This document shows, in pieces, positions 28,609 to 42,838 of a DNA stretch of 64,000 bases. Under the pieces are notes generated by a model that was given only the letters and a program-made list of their open reading frames with translations, was not told the DNA's origin and did no database searches. A program made the position numbers and the translations under genes. This stretch comes from Eledone cirrhosa (taxonomy: Eukaryota), in contig OZ024741.1 in NCBI GenBank assembly GCA_964016885.1, forward strand, positions 298,344,001 to 298,408,000, read 5' to 3'. Within the stretch, counting starts at the first letter, position 1. Each line of letters starts with the position of its first letter.

Positions 28609-29212
28609 ATATATTTATTGATAATAACAACAATTCAAAATTTCAGGTCCGTTTGGGAACAGAGTTCAAATTGACCAATGAAAATACAAAAAATTTTATG
28701 CAGTTTGGTGTGTGTATATACATGTAATTAACTTCGTACACATATTTACATAAAGATATATGTTCACATGCATACGCATGCCAAAAAGATGTATGCAAAT
28801 ACAAAAATTCAAGGCTAATGTCTCTGTAAGTCTATAATCCACAGATAAAATGCGTATAGACACATAAATATGAAATAAACGTATAGACACATTCATATAC
28901 TCACACATATTCGTACACTCACACACACACGCGCGTATATGCATAAACATACACATAATTACGAACATACATATACACACACACCCCCACACACATATAT
29001 ATGTGCATATAGTATTATCATAAGCATATGGACATTAATGCACGCACATAAACACTGCCACACACATTTAGATCAGGATACAGAAATTAGGTGGGAGGGG
29101 GGGGGGTCAGTATTCAACGGTTTCGGCAGACTGCCTATTTATAGATGTATCTATAAACTTAGAAATAAAAAGAAAAGAAAAAGAAAAAAGAAAAAAGAAA
29201 TATATCAAGAAA

Positions 29213-29243
<31 letters not shown>

Positions 29244-29727
29244 CACACATACACACACACACACACACATATATATACATATACATATATATATACACAT
29301 ATATACACACATACATATATATATACACATACATATACACATATATACACACACATATATACACACACATATATATATACATACACATATACATACACAC
29401 ACATATATATATTCAAACAAGTAAAATATAAAGTATACATCGATATACATACATATAGACATATAAATAAATACACACGCATACACACACATACATATAC
29501 ATACATATACATACACATATATATAAACACATACATACACATACATATACATACACATACCATATAAATACACATACACATACATAGACGCATACATATA
29601 GAGACACATACATATACACATATAAAAACATAGACACATACACACATAAACACATATATATATATATATATATTTTTTTTTTTACACACATATACACATA
29701 CACGCATACATATATATATATATACAC

Positions 29728-29768
<41 letters not shown>

Positions 29769-29844
29769 TATATATATATACATATATATATACACTCACA
29801 ACACTCGTATATATATACACACTCATACATATACACACATATAC

Positions 29845-29905
<61 letters not shown>

Positions 29906-30068
29906 CATATATATACAGTCACACCTACATACATATATATATATAAATACACTCATATATATACACACATACACATACATACCCACATATAAATATATAT
30001 ATATACATAAATATATATATATATATACACACATACACACATACACATACACACACATATATATATAT

Positions 30069-31300
30069 ACCAACCTTACCATAAACCCAACCAAAACTTA
30101 CATTACATACACTCACAATCTAATCACCCTAAATCTATCCTTAAAAACCTTGCATATAATATATCACTTAGAATTTCTAACCTTTCTTCTAACCAAGATG
30201 TATTTGATAAAAATGCGACCTTCTATAACGAAGCTCTAGATAGAAGTGGCCACAAAAATAGATTAGAATATATACCTTCTACTAAAAATACTAAAAACAT
30301 ACAACCTAATATTACCAACAAACACCAAATGAAAAGTACACACCTAAATGCCACCCACACTATACCCCAAAATACCAAATCTTCTAATATAAAATATAGT
30401 AACTCTCAAAAAACTACTCATCATACAACTCTAATAAATATTAATAATAAAACTCCTAATAAAAAAGATAAAACACCTAAATCTACAAATATAACTAAAA
30501 ATGGTTGTGGTGAGATCATTAACATTAATCCTCCTAGTAAACATCACGATACAACCTATAAAAATAATAAAAATAATAAACAACATAGAAACCGTAATAG
30601 ACGGGTTACTTGGTATAATGCTCCATTTAATTTACAAATTAAGGATAATATTGCTAAAAAATTTTTTTATATCCTAGAGAAAAACTTCCCGCCAAACCAC
30701 AAATACCATCAAATCTTAAATAGGTCTACAGTTAAATTCTCATACTCAACAACAAATAACATAAAACAAAATATAAGTGCCTATAATGCATATAAATGTA
30801 AGAAAACCATAAGTATACCACCAATACATCAAACTAACCATAATATCTCCTCAAATACAGAATTAACGAAAGGTTGTAACTGTAGAAACAAAGCAAACTG
30901 CCCATTAAAAGGAAATTGTCTTGTTAACAACATAGTTTATAAATGTAATGTTAAAACTAAAGATTCTATTTGCTCATATATAGGAGCTACTTCTAACAAT
31001 TTTAAGACAAGGTTTAATACCCACAAACATAGTTTTAAAAATGCCGCACTGGCTAATACAACATCTCTAGCAGAAAAAATCAATAGTTATAAAAATAAGA
31101 ATATAGAATATGATTTGACCTGGAGTGTGCTCAAAAGAGCCACCCCTTATCAAAATAATAGAAATGAATGTAGATTATGTTCCCAAGAACTATTTGAAAT
31201 AATGAAATCTAAGGATATCCTATTAAATAAACGACAGGAATTAATTATATCGTGTAATCATAAACTGAGAAAAACATTTAAATATTATAAACCGAATTAA
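30069..31300 (+). CDS. PLE RT C-terminus plus GIY-YIG endonuclease (5'-truncated, open frame)
   Basis: [60 protein letters not shown] and [13 protein letters not shown]. Confidence 0.9.
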
Positions 31301-32497
31301 TAACATTATTTTAGAAATTAATATATAATTTAATTTAAATGTTAGTTAACCTATAAATTTAATTTAATTAAAATTCTACTACAGATGAGAATATAAAATA
31401 TTGTGTAATCATAAATTGTGAAAAACCTTTAAATATTACTAATATATACTTAGTAATTTAATTTATAGATTAATTTTAATTTATTTAACCCTTTATTAAA
31501 ATTCCTTTACAGATAAAATATAACAAAATATCGTGTATTCAATGACAGAGAAATAATTTTTAGTATTATAGACCTAATTAATATACATTTTAGAAATATA
31601 TTTATAATTTGGTTTTAAATTTGGTCAACCTAAAAATTTAATTTAATTGGCTTAAAATTAGTATCCTAATACAGACGGATTGCAGAGTGTCATGTAATCA
31701 TAGAATGGGATGGGTTTTAGATGTATACCTAGTTAATATATTCTTTGCAATTTTTGAAAAAGTATGTATATGTATGTGTATATGTGTATGTGTATGTATG
31801 TATATATATGTGTATATATATATGTATGTATATGTATATGTGTATGTATTAATTTTAATTTCTGTTTACATATAATTATATTCTACTATTGATAAAATAC
31901 AATATCTGTTTTATTTATTATATACCTAATTAACATATACTATAGAAATTAATATATCATTTTTAATTTAGTTAACCTATAATTTATATTCTACTACCGA
32001 TGTAATACTTTATTTGTTTTTTTCCCTATTACTAAATTCATTTCCTAATATTGATACCATAACGTTAATAATTTTAATTTAGTTATACTATAATTAATAC
32101 TCTACTACTATTTAACTTCAAAATTCTGCTTCAAATATTATAAACCTAAGTAATTTACACCTTAGAAATCAATATATTAACTATCTTTAGTTTAGTTAAC
32201 CTATAATTAATGGTATACTTATATTGAAATGCATAATTTTGCCTTCTTTCTTGCATTTCCTAATACTGAAACTATGTAAACACATATTGAGATCCAAATA
32301 CAGATTAATATTCTATGTTTCTTGAAACATATATTTACTATAATCCCCTTCTCCCCCCCCCCCCCCTTCCCCCCTACTATTATTATTTGTATTTGTAAGC
32401 GTGTATGTATGTATATGTAGGTAGGTGTATATATGTTTGGGTGTTTATTTGTAAGTATAAAAATACATATATGCGCATGCAAATAAGGGTGTATGAT

Positions 32498-32578
<81 letters not shown>

Positions 32579-32892
32579 ATACGTGTATGTATATATATAT
32601 ATGTGTGTATGTATGTGTGTGTGTATATATGTGTATGTATATGTATGTCTCTCTACATATATGTGTATCTTTGTATCTATGTCGGTATATGTGTGTATGT
32701 ACATGTATGCACATGTATATGTCTATGTGTATATGTGTGTATGTGTATATGTGTACGTATGTGCGCATATATATGTGAGTGTGTGTGTGTGTATATATAT
32801 GTATGTCTATATATATATATATATATATATGTATTATTTATTATTATAATATAATATATGTATATATATATATATATGTGAAAATATGTATA

Positions 32893-32925
<33 letters not shown>

Positions 32926-33202
32926 TGTATATTTGTAGTTGATGTGTGTATATGTATGTATATATATGTGTGTGTGTATGTATGTGTGTATATATATGTA
33001 TGTGTGTGTGTGTATGTGTGTGTGTGTATATATATATATACATATATGTATATGTATGTGTGTGCATATTTGTCTGACTGTGTGTATTAATTTTTATTTT
33101 TTTTTTATTTTTTTTTTATATGTATGTGTATGTGTATGTATGTATGTATGTATGTACGTGTGTGCATGTCTATATATATGTGTGTGTGTATGTGTATGTA
33201 TG

Positions 33203-33250
<48 letters not shown>

Positions 33251-33349
33251 TATATATATGTATGTGTGTCTTTGTGTGTGTGTATATATATGTATGTATG
33301 TGTGTATGTAGTGTTTGTATGTGTGTTTATGGTTGTACGTGTGTGTGGG

Positions 33350-33383
<34 letters not shown>

Positions 33384-33644
33384 TGTGTATATGTATCTCT
33401 ATTTATATGTGTATATATGTATATGTATATACCTTTTTCTTTGTATGTCTGAGTTGTGTGAGCGTGTAGTGGTGTTTGTATGTATATACGCATATATGGA
33501 TGTGTATGTATTTGTATATATGCGTATATGTAAGTGCGTATGTGTGTGTGAGTATATATCTATGTCTATGTATGAGTATGTATGTGTGTGTATGTATGTG
33601 TGTGTGTATGTATGTGTGTGTGTATGTGTGTATGTATATGTGTG

Positions 33645-33675
<31 letters not shown>

Positions 33676-33698
33676 GTATATATGTATGTATATGTATA

Positions 33699-33739
<41 letters not shown>

Positions 33740-33855
33740 TATATGTGTGTGTGTGTGTGTGTATATATATCTTTATATATGTGTATGTGTATGTATGTGT
33801 AGGTGTGTGTGTGTGAGTATATATGTATGTGTGTATATGTGTATGTATGTGTATG

Positions 33856-33932
<77 letters not shown>

Positions 33933-34075
33933 ATGTGTATGTGTGTATGTGTGTATATATATATATATATTTATGTATATATATATATTTATATGTGGGT
34001 ATGTATGTGTATGTGTGTATATATATGAGTGTATTTATATATATATATGTATGTAGGTGTGACTGTATATATATG

Positions 34076-34136
<61 letters not shown>

Positions 34137-34188
34137 GTATATGTGTGTATATGTATGAGTGTGTATATATATACGAGTGTTGTGAGTG

Positions 34189-34255
<67 letters not shown>

Positions 34256-34299
34256 GTGTATATATATATATATGTATGCGTGTATGTGTATATGTGTGT

Positions 34300-34355
<56 letters not shown>

Positions 34356-34759
34356 TTATGTGTGTATGTGTCTATGTATTTATATGTGTATATGTATGTG
34401 TCTCTATATGTATGCGTCTATGTACGTGTATGTGTATTTATATGGTATGTGTATGTATATGTATGTGTATGTATGTGTTTATATATATGTGTATGTATAT
34501 GTATGTATATGTATGTGTGTGTATGCGTGTGTATTTATTTATATGTCTATATGTATGTATATCGATGTATACTTTATATTTTACTTGTTTGTATATATAT
34601 ATGTGTGTGTATGTATATGTGTATGTATATATATGTGTGTGTATATATGTGTGTGTATATATGTGTATATGTATGTGTATACATATATGTATGTGTGTAT
34701 ATATGTGTATATATATATGTATATGTATATATATGTGTGTGTGTGTGTGTGTATGTGTG

Positions 34760-34797
<38 letters not shown>

Positions 34798-35396
34798 CTT
34801 GATATATTTCTTTTTTCTTTTTTCTTTTTCTTTTCTTTTTATTTCTAAGTTTATAGATACATCTATAAATAGGCAGTCTGCCGAAACCGTTGAATACTGA
34901 CCCCCCCCTCCCACCTAATTTCTGTATCCTGATCTAAATGTGTGTGGCAGTGTTTATGTGCGTGCATTAATGTCCATATGCTTATGATAATACTATATGC
35001 ACATATATATGTGTGTGGGGGTGTGTGTGTATATGTATGTTCGTAGTTATGTGTATGTTTATGCATATACGCGCGTGTGTGTGTGAGTGTACGAATATGT
35101 GTGAGTATATGAATGTGTCTATACATTTATTTCATATTTATGTGTCTATACGCATTTTATCTGTGGATTATAGACTTACAGAGACATTAGCCTTGAATTT
35201 TTGTATTTGCATACATCTTTTTGGCATGCGTATGCATGTGAACATATATCTTTATGTAAATATGTGTACGAAGTTAATTACATGTATATACACACACCAA
35301 ACTGCATAAAATTTTTTGTATTTTCATTGGTCAATTTGAACTCTGTTCCCAAACGGACCTGAAATTTTGAATTGTTGTTATTATCAATAAATATAT

Positions 35397-35551
35397 TTCA
35401 TTATTTCTGAAGACGGCATATATATGTGTTTGGTATGTATATTTAATTTTGATAGTTTGTATAATTTTGTATAATTTTGTACATAGATCTGTTGAATATG
35501 CATGCCAATTCTAACACATATATATCCTAGAAACGATCGTTAAATAATGAA
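35397..35551 (+). ncRNA. Type I hammerhead with about 115-nt stem II (family B)
   Basis: ttcattattt CTGAAGA cggcatatatatgtgtt...aacacatatatatccta GAAA cgatcg TT aaataatgaa, with a 10-bp stem I. Confidence 0.82.
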
Positions 35552-35745
35552 CTTTTTTTGTTTAATATAAGGAACTGTTTCATTGTTTTATTCATTATTT
35601 TTTTAATATTTTATCTTGACTCTGTATTCCGTTTATCTTTCACCGAAAGTGATTTTTCATTGCATCTCTTCTTTCCATGATATTCGGATTACATTGAGTT
35701 CTTCATACGGATTGGACACTACCGTAAACTCTTGGTAGATTTATC

Positions 35746-35819
<74 letters not shown>

Positions 35820-35826
<7 letters not shown>

Positions 35827-36432
35827 CGTAAAATAAGAAAATTATAAAATTAACTTACTTACTAAAATTTCACTCCAACTAATTAGTTTCTGAAAGGGAA
35901 TAAACATAGATTTCGAAGAATGGTACGGAGAAGCCTTTCGTCATCAGGGAAGTCTATTCTCAGCTAAGTTTCCAGGCAATACGTGGACACAGGGAACTTA
36001 TACAAAAATAATTCAGTGGATGGAAAAAAGCAAAGCGTGGACTAAACTCCAAGCCATTGAAAAAATCACTGCCTACTGCGTCGGTGGCAAATTCAAAAGA
36101 ATCAGTCACGTGACATCGAGGTCAATCAGTGAAGAGTGGTTTGTTAAGCCGGACTGTTACTTTAGTAGCAGTTTTGGCCAATTTTTGCTCGACAAAATAA
36201 TTTGGAGATAATTATAAAGAATTAATATATCTAGTAACATATATATACACAGATGCATACTTATGCTAGCAAATATATAGGTTTTGTCTTAGTAACTTTG
36301 TGGTTCAATGCATGGGGATGCAGAACAATAATATGAGAGACGTAAAATAAGAAAATTATAAAATTAACTTACTTACTAAAATTTCACTCCAACTAATTAG
36401 TTTCTGAAAGGGAATAAACATAGTTTTCGAAG
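35820..36432 (-). mobile_element. Non-coding 514-nt unit with about 98-nt terminal direct repeat (family E, retrozyme-like)
   Basis: 35821-35918 recurs at 36335-36432. It is bounded by (AT)n and (GT)n and contains a hammerhead. Confidence 0.75.
35873..35951 (-). ncRNA. Type I hammerhead (family E)
   Basis: Minus strand: ttcc CTGATGA cgaaagg...cctttca GAAA ctaattag TT ggag, with palindromic stem III CTAATTAG. Confidence 0.72.
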
Positions 36433-36547
36433 TGTGTGTGTGTGTGTATATATATATAAATATGTTTATATATATATATAAATGTGTGTATATATATATA
36501 AATATAGATGTATATATATATAAATATGTTTTGTTTCCTCTGATCTA

Positions 36548-36605
36548 ATCTCTCGCTGATGATAGCCTACAGATTATCTGTTACAAACACAATTTTCCGA
36601 GAGAT
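36548..36605 (+). ncRNA. Degenerate hammerhead candidate
   Basis: atctctcg CTGATGA tagcctacagattatctgtta CAAA cacaattt TC cgagagat. The 8-bp stem I and 5' core are intact, but GAAA is changed to CAAA. Confidence 0.45.
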
Positions 36606-36964
36606 GAAATGTTTTTGATACGGTCAAATGTTTAAGATTAAATATTTGAAACATTTGTGGTATTCTCTACCCTCGTAATTTTAGACACGAAATTTACTAT
36701 GTTTATTTATACATATATTACTATATAATGCTCACTATTTATACTTTGAGCTTGTTTAATTGCAGGGTATCAATATGAGTTAATAACTCTGTATTTTATT
36801 TGTATATATAAATATATTATAGCGATGTATACATGAATTTATGTATAGTATATTTGGCAATATACTGTATGTTTAATTAACAACATTTTGAAGATCTTGC
36901 GCTATTATTTTAAAGTAGTGACTATGTCACTTACTTCTTTTTTTTTCAGCAAGGGAAGGGAGAT

Positions 36965-37008
36965 AATCTGACAGATCTGTTCCACACTGTTGGTATTCAT
37001 CAGAGCCT
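36965..37008 (-). ncRNA. Hammerhead family F, left arm (GAAA changed to GGAA, likely inactive)
   Basis: aggct CTGATGA ataccaacagtgt GGAA cagatctg TC agatt. Confidence 0.65.
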
Positions 37009-37161
37009 AGCACTCGCCGACCTTTGCCGAAAATTATAGAGGCTGGATCCTTAACAATTTTTGCTGAACCGGCAATCGCTCTGTATAATCAGTTCGTGAT
37101 TATTACTGGAATTCTATAAGAATCCAGCCTCTATAATTTTCGGCAAAGGTCGGCGAGTGCT

Positions 37162-37205
37162 AGGCTCTGATGAACAGCAACAGTGTGAAACAGATCTGTC
37201 AGCTT
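37162..37205 (+). ncRNA. Minimal type I hammerhead (family F), canonical core, GUC site
   Basis: aggct CTGATGA aca gcaacag tgt GAAA cagatctg TC agctt, with palindromic stem III CAGATCTG. Confidence 0.9.
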
Positions 37206-37367
37206 ATCTCCCTTCCTTTGCTGAAAAAAAGAAGTGGCATAGTCACTACTTTAAAATAATAGCGCAAGGTCTTCAAAATGTTTTTAATTAAACATACAGT
37301 ATATTGCTAAATATACTATACATGCATTCATATATATATATATATATATATATATACTTCTTCTTCT

Positions 37368-37426
<59 letters not shown>

Positions 37427-37789
37427 GAACATATGTGATGGCTGCAACTCGATTTAGAGTAATACTATTGTTTGATTCTTAAATATGAGTAGCACGGATA
37501 TGGCTTTTTAATCCTGCTAGGGACTTGCACAGGCGTCGCCACGATGAAGGCCTCTCGCAGTAGGTGATAGGATTCTGTTTTGGTGCACTTTCAGTATACC
37601 AACTGAAGCATACTCTTTTCCACACTCCCCACAAACAGAAATGCCATACAATATAAAGTTGACTGTGACCCCCTACTTAATCATAACCGGCCACATTCTT
37701 TACAGATTAAATCAACTTGCATGCAAGATACTTAGACAAACCAAACTCAAGGCTCTTACGAGCGCGGCGCTTGAACTGTTAATGCTCAA

Positions 37790-39690
37790 CACGTTAATTT
37801 TCAAATTCTCCCATCCCATCATGCACTGCCTTCCTCCAGGAAAGTCGATCTAGAGCGAGGTTCTCCCAGTCATTCTCCAATATTTTCATCTTCCTCAATA
37901 TGATTTTAATGCAGTCCCTGTACCACAATTTTTGGTTTGTGCGCCAGTCGGTTAACTTCGAGCAGCTCGCCATTCAGAAACTGCCTAGGGATACAATCAT
38001 CATCCATTCTCACTACATGATCACCCCATCTTAATCGATGTTGAAATATGAAATACTCTATACTGGTAGACGGACTGCGTTCGAGGACTTCAGTGTCACT
38101 CACGTTCATTTTCCAGTGGTTGCCCTGTGTACGTCGAAGACATTGTTGGTGAAAGTGCTGCAACCTTTTGAAATGCCTTCGATAAGTCACCCAAGTCTCA
38201 GATCCATACAACAAAGAGGACAAAACACAAGCATCATACACTTTTAACATTATACACTTCATCCTCGTCGCCATTTAGCGGTGGATTGGCAGTATTGGTA
38301 GAGCGTCAGACACTATGCTTTGCAGCATAGAGTAATAGCCCTTTACGTTCTGAGTTCAACTCCCACCGAAGTTAACTTTGCTTTTATCCTTACGGGGTCG
38401 ATAAAATAAAACACCAGTAATGCACTGGGGTAATTGCTGGCCTTGTGCCAAAAGTAGAAATAATTATACACTTTTAACTTTATCTCAATGGAAATACTAT
38501 GCTGAGACCATAGACGTCCATCCAGTTTTCCAAATACATCACTTGTCTTCTTGATTCGGAGGGAGATTTCTTCACCCAGAGTATTGGTCATATTCACAGA
38601 GCTGCCTAGATGTACAAACTTATCCACAACTTTCAATTTCTGGCCATAGACATATATGTTTGACGTAGAGTAAGTTTTGCCTGGCGAGAGTTAGTACAAC
38701 ACCACAATCTTTTTCAGACTGATTGTTATACCAACGTACTGCATGCTTTCGAAAAAGAATCCATGAGATGTATGTCACTTTCGGAACGAATGACAAGATC
38801 ACAATCGTCAGCATACAGGAATTCGCGTATCAGCAATGTAAATATCTTTGTTTTGGCAGCAAACTTTGTGACATTTCTAAAGCCACGCTGAGATTCAGGA
38901 AGGATTTCATCAGCTATGTTGTCAAGAAGCCTGTCCAGTATGATCCTACATAAGACCTTGCCTACAACAGGCATAATGGATATCCAACGATAATTGTTAC
39001 AGTCGTCCCTTCTGCCTTTGCCTTTATAGAGAACCACCATTATTGCATCTCTCCGGTAATGTGGGACACTCTCTTCAAACCAACCTTTTGGATTAATGTA
39101 GTTAGACGACGAAGTAGATTTTCACTTCCACATTTGAAGATTTCAGCACAGAGACCATCCTTCCCAAGTGACTTACCACTATTCAACCTTTTCACAGCAG
39201 TTTGAACTTCTTCTAGGGAAGGAGTTTCTGCTATTACATCTTTGGTGGGTCTGCAGGGAATGGTGTCAACAAATTCGTTATCAACCTCAGAGGGCCTATT
39301 AAAGGGCTGTTTAAATGTTCGCACCACCTAACAAGAATGTTCTTTGGATCCCTAAGTAATTATTTACCGTCCTTAGCGTGAAGAGGTGTAACTGGAGAGG
39401 ATAACGGCCCATACACTTCCCGCAACAAATTATACAGTAACTTTGTATTGTTGGAGCCAAAGGCCCTCTGAATCTCCTATGCTTTATTCCTGCACCACTT
39501 GCATGCTACGACGACTACGCTGCACTTCACTTTCTTGAGTTTGTATTTATTCTTACTAATTTCTGGTCCACCAGCTAGCACTTTCGTTATCACTGTGTTC
39601 CTTTCATTTAAAAGCCTCTGAACCTTTTTGTTACTCTCATCAAACCAGTTTCAAGTTTTCTTTCGACTAAACTCAGAACATCTTATAGAC
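37790..39690 (-). mobile_element. Decayed RTE (BovB-like) LINE
   Basis: PSLEEVQTAVKRLNSGKSLGKDG, LYKGKGRRDDCNNYR.IS, LPESQRGFR, FLYADD, LLYGSETW and LRWGDHVVRM. It has an internal deletion and stop codons. Confidence 0.9.
38277..38462 (+). mobile_element. tRNA-derived SINE (Nin-like) nested in the RTE
   Basis: A full head-to-tail copy interrupts the RTE frame. attatacactt occurs on both sides of the SINE region (38189, 38464). Confidence 0.85.
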
Positions 39691-39837
39691 ATATATATAT
39701 ACACATGTATACATTCATACACCTACACATGAGTGCACATACATATCAATTATTTGGTCTTATTCTTGCTGGGTAGCTACATGTGGATGTGTGAGTTGTT
39801 GCTGACATTAGTAGAACCCTAAACAAAAACATGTCTC

Positions 39838-39887
39838 CACTTGCCTGCCGTTTCTTAACAATCCGGTTAAGAAACGGCAGGCAAGTG
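39838..39887. repeat. Perfect 22-bp-stem hairpin
   Basis: cacttgcctgccgtttcttaac aatccg gttaagaaacggcaggcaagtg. Confidence 0.9.
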
Positions 39888-40810
39888 AAAGCTCTGTTAA
39901 CTTCTTAATGACTATTTCTGCCTCTCTGTGTCTTCTCTTTGATTTGATTTTGCTTTATTTACTCCATCTTGTTTTTCTACATCACAGAAATCGCATGTGT
40001 TTGTGCGCACGCGTCTGCGTCTGGGCATTATGTCACAGTATTTTAATAGAACCTATATTAAATCTTCACAAATTAGAGGAGCACTAAGAAGTACAATGGA
40101 ATGGGATGGAAGGTAATCTCAGTATGGCGGTACCACATTTAAATCATTGTTGCCGGCTTGTTTACTGTTTCTGTCAATATGTAATCTTTTCAGAAGAAGA
40201 CAAAACAAAAACAAAACAAGAAAAAAGACGCACTTTACTAATATTGTTAAATAATGATAAAGTTGAGTTTTCTTTGGTGAGAAACCACATATAGCAAGTC
40301 TTGTAGGTCAAGTGTTTATTTTGTGATCATATTATCAATTATATTTCTAACCTTTGAATATCAATATTGTGATAATAATAAGGCTAGAGATAAACATGTA
40401 AAGATTATTAATTAACTCGTAACTTAGGCTTCCAGCTAATAGAATTTAGACATTTGATATTTTTCGGTCTAGGTCATTGATCTGGTCTGTCGTACTCTTG
40501 GATTACTTTAATTTAATTCCACCCCACATATTGAAGACATCATTAATGTGCAGTTTGGCGCTTAACATCCTCAACCACACGAAACCACATTAGCAAGGCA
40601 TTGTTGAAAAGTACAAAACAGCATTATGACAACATCACATTAATAATTGAAGTGTTTAGTCTATTAGTGAAAATTTTCGCAACAAACTGTCCATTAGTTA
40701 CAATATATTAACTCTTAACATATTTAGTAGAAAATATTTAAAAGCAGGTTTGTTAATTCAAATGTTTAAAAGTATCATTAGAAGTGAACGGATCATTGGA
40801 GAAATCTGAA

Positions 40811-41284
<474 letters not shown>

Positions 41285-41852
41285 TATATACTACCAAAAT
41301 TATATTAAGGATGTCATGTCTGAGAATATCAGAATCATGCCCCATACCACCTGTGGAATAAGCTCAAAGATTCTATGTAGTAAATCCGAGCATTTATATT
41401 AAATTAAAAGTAGGATGACACACACACACACATATATATATATATGACTGGCCTCTTCCTCGCACTTCCACTCACTCACTCTCTGCTTCTCCCCTTCTCA
41501 CTTCCCCCCGTTTGGCCTGTGTGGGGTCCTTTCTCGCTCACACCTTACTCACGTCGGACGGTCTGTTGTCTCTCTCGCCCATGAAATTCACCCAGATTAA
41601 GCTGAACGGATACCATGTGTTTGCTTCTTCCTATCTTTCCGTTGCTATACCTTATATGGTTGTTTACTTGTCTCGCTCGCTTTACGCGATTTACTTGTCC
41701 CAATAGCTTTATTTAGCTATTGCTCGCACCAACTGGAGGTATATGATTTTTAAAGCGATGAAATACCAATGAAGGTTGGAAAATCACTGATGAAGGACTA
41801 TTCGTTTCATATGTAACCCATGTGCAACCACGCAACACTCAATTCTTCTCAT

Positions 41853-41891
<39 letters not shown>

Positions 41892-41893
<2 letters not shown>

Positions 41894-42589
41894 CAAAATT
41901 AAGTTAAATTAAGGGTGTCATGTCAGATAGACATGCGCCATACCACCCGTAAAATATGCTCCAAGATTCCAATGAATAGATCCGAGCATTTTATATCAAC
42001 TAGAAATTGATTGACATATAAATATATCTAAAATAAACATATGAAACAATCACAGGGGATAATTTGTAAAACTGTGTAAGCACACATAGCTATGTAGGTA
42101 ACTAAATAAAGTTTAACTAGAACTTCAAAAATAGATACCTTATAAATTGATTAATCTTCCTTGTATATATTCCATTAAAGAAATATATTTCACCAATTAA
42201 TCGATTGGTAAACGACAGTAGCCAGATCCTGGATTTTCAACAAGGAAGATGACTAACCATCTGTGCTTACGCATCAAATTCAAATCAGCGACTGGCCAGT
42301 AACACGTGCTGTATTTACTAAAAATACACACATCGTACCAGTGGCGTGAATAGGGTTATCGACAACTAGAAATAGCAGTCAAGTCCTTTCAACTGAGTTA
42401 GCTCTACAATTAAGGGGCCGTATTTATATATATCCAAAATTAAGTTAAATTAAGGGTGTCATGTCAGATAGACATGCGCCATATCACCCGTAAAATATGT
42501 TCCAAGATTCCAATGAATAGATCCGAGCATTTTATATCAACTAGAAATTGATTGACATATAAATATATCTAAAATAAACATATGAAACA
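41892..42589 (-). mobile_element. Non-coding 541-nt hammerhead unit with 157-nt terminal direct repeat (family C, retrozyme-like)
   Basis: 41892-42048 recurs at 42433-42589, between (AT)n and (CA)n. Further family fragments lie at about 41290-41420, 46690-46830 and 58985-59100. Confidence 0.85.
42154..42250 (-). ncRNA. Hammerhead, U3-A8 core (family C)
   Basis: atcttccttg TTGAAAA tcca...tggt GAAA tatatttc tttaat ggaatata TA caaggaagat, with a perfect 10-bp stem I. Confidence 0.72.
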
Positions 42590-42590
42590 T

Positions 42591-42669
<79 letters not shown>

Positions 42670-42670
42670 G

Positions 42671-42754
<84 letters not shown>

Positions 42755-42762
42755 TTAAAATA

Positions 42763-42838
42763 ACAGATTAAAGTTTAAGCAAAGAATCGCTGCTTTCACA
42801 CTTAACGGGATCTTCTGAAACTAAAAAAGTCAATCTGT
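42763..42838 (-). ncRNA. Hammerhead-like motif with U4A core (family G)
   Basis: acagattga cttttt tagttt CAGAAGA tcccgttaagtgt GAAA gca gcgattctt tgc TT aaact ttaatctgt. Confidence 0.55.

Larger units (their letters stand above)
36833..37331. repeat. Fold-back inverted repeat (about 215-bp arms, 63-nt spacer), hammerhead family F
   Basis: 36833-37053 pairs with 37117-37331. A related single copy lies at 58650-58940. Confidence 0.92.

Noticed and set aside
32219-34914. Long ORFs rich in Y/I/C/V/M/H/T (also at 3531-4248, 9057-9794, 29107-30116 and elsewhere)
   Set aside because: They are translations of (AT)n, (GT)n and (AC)n microsatellites, which lack stop codons.
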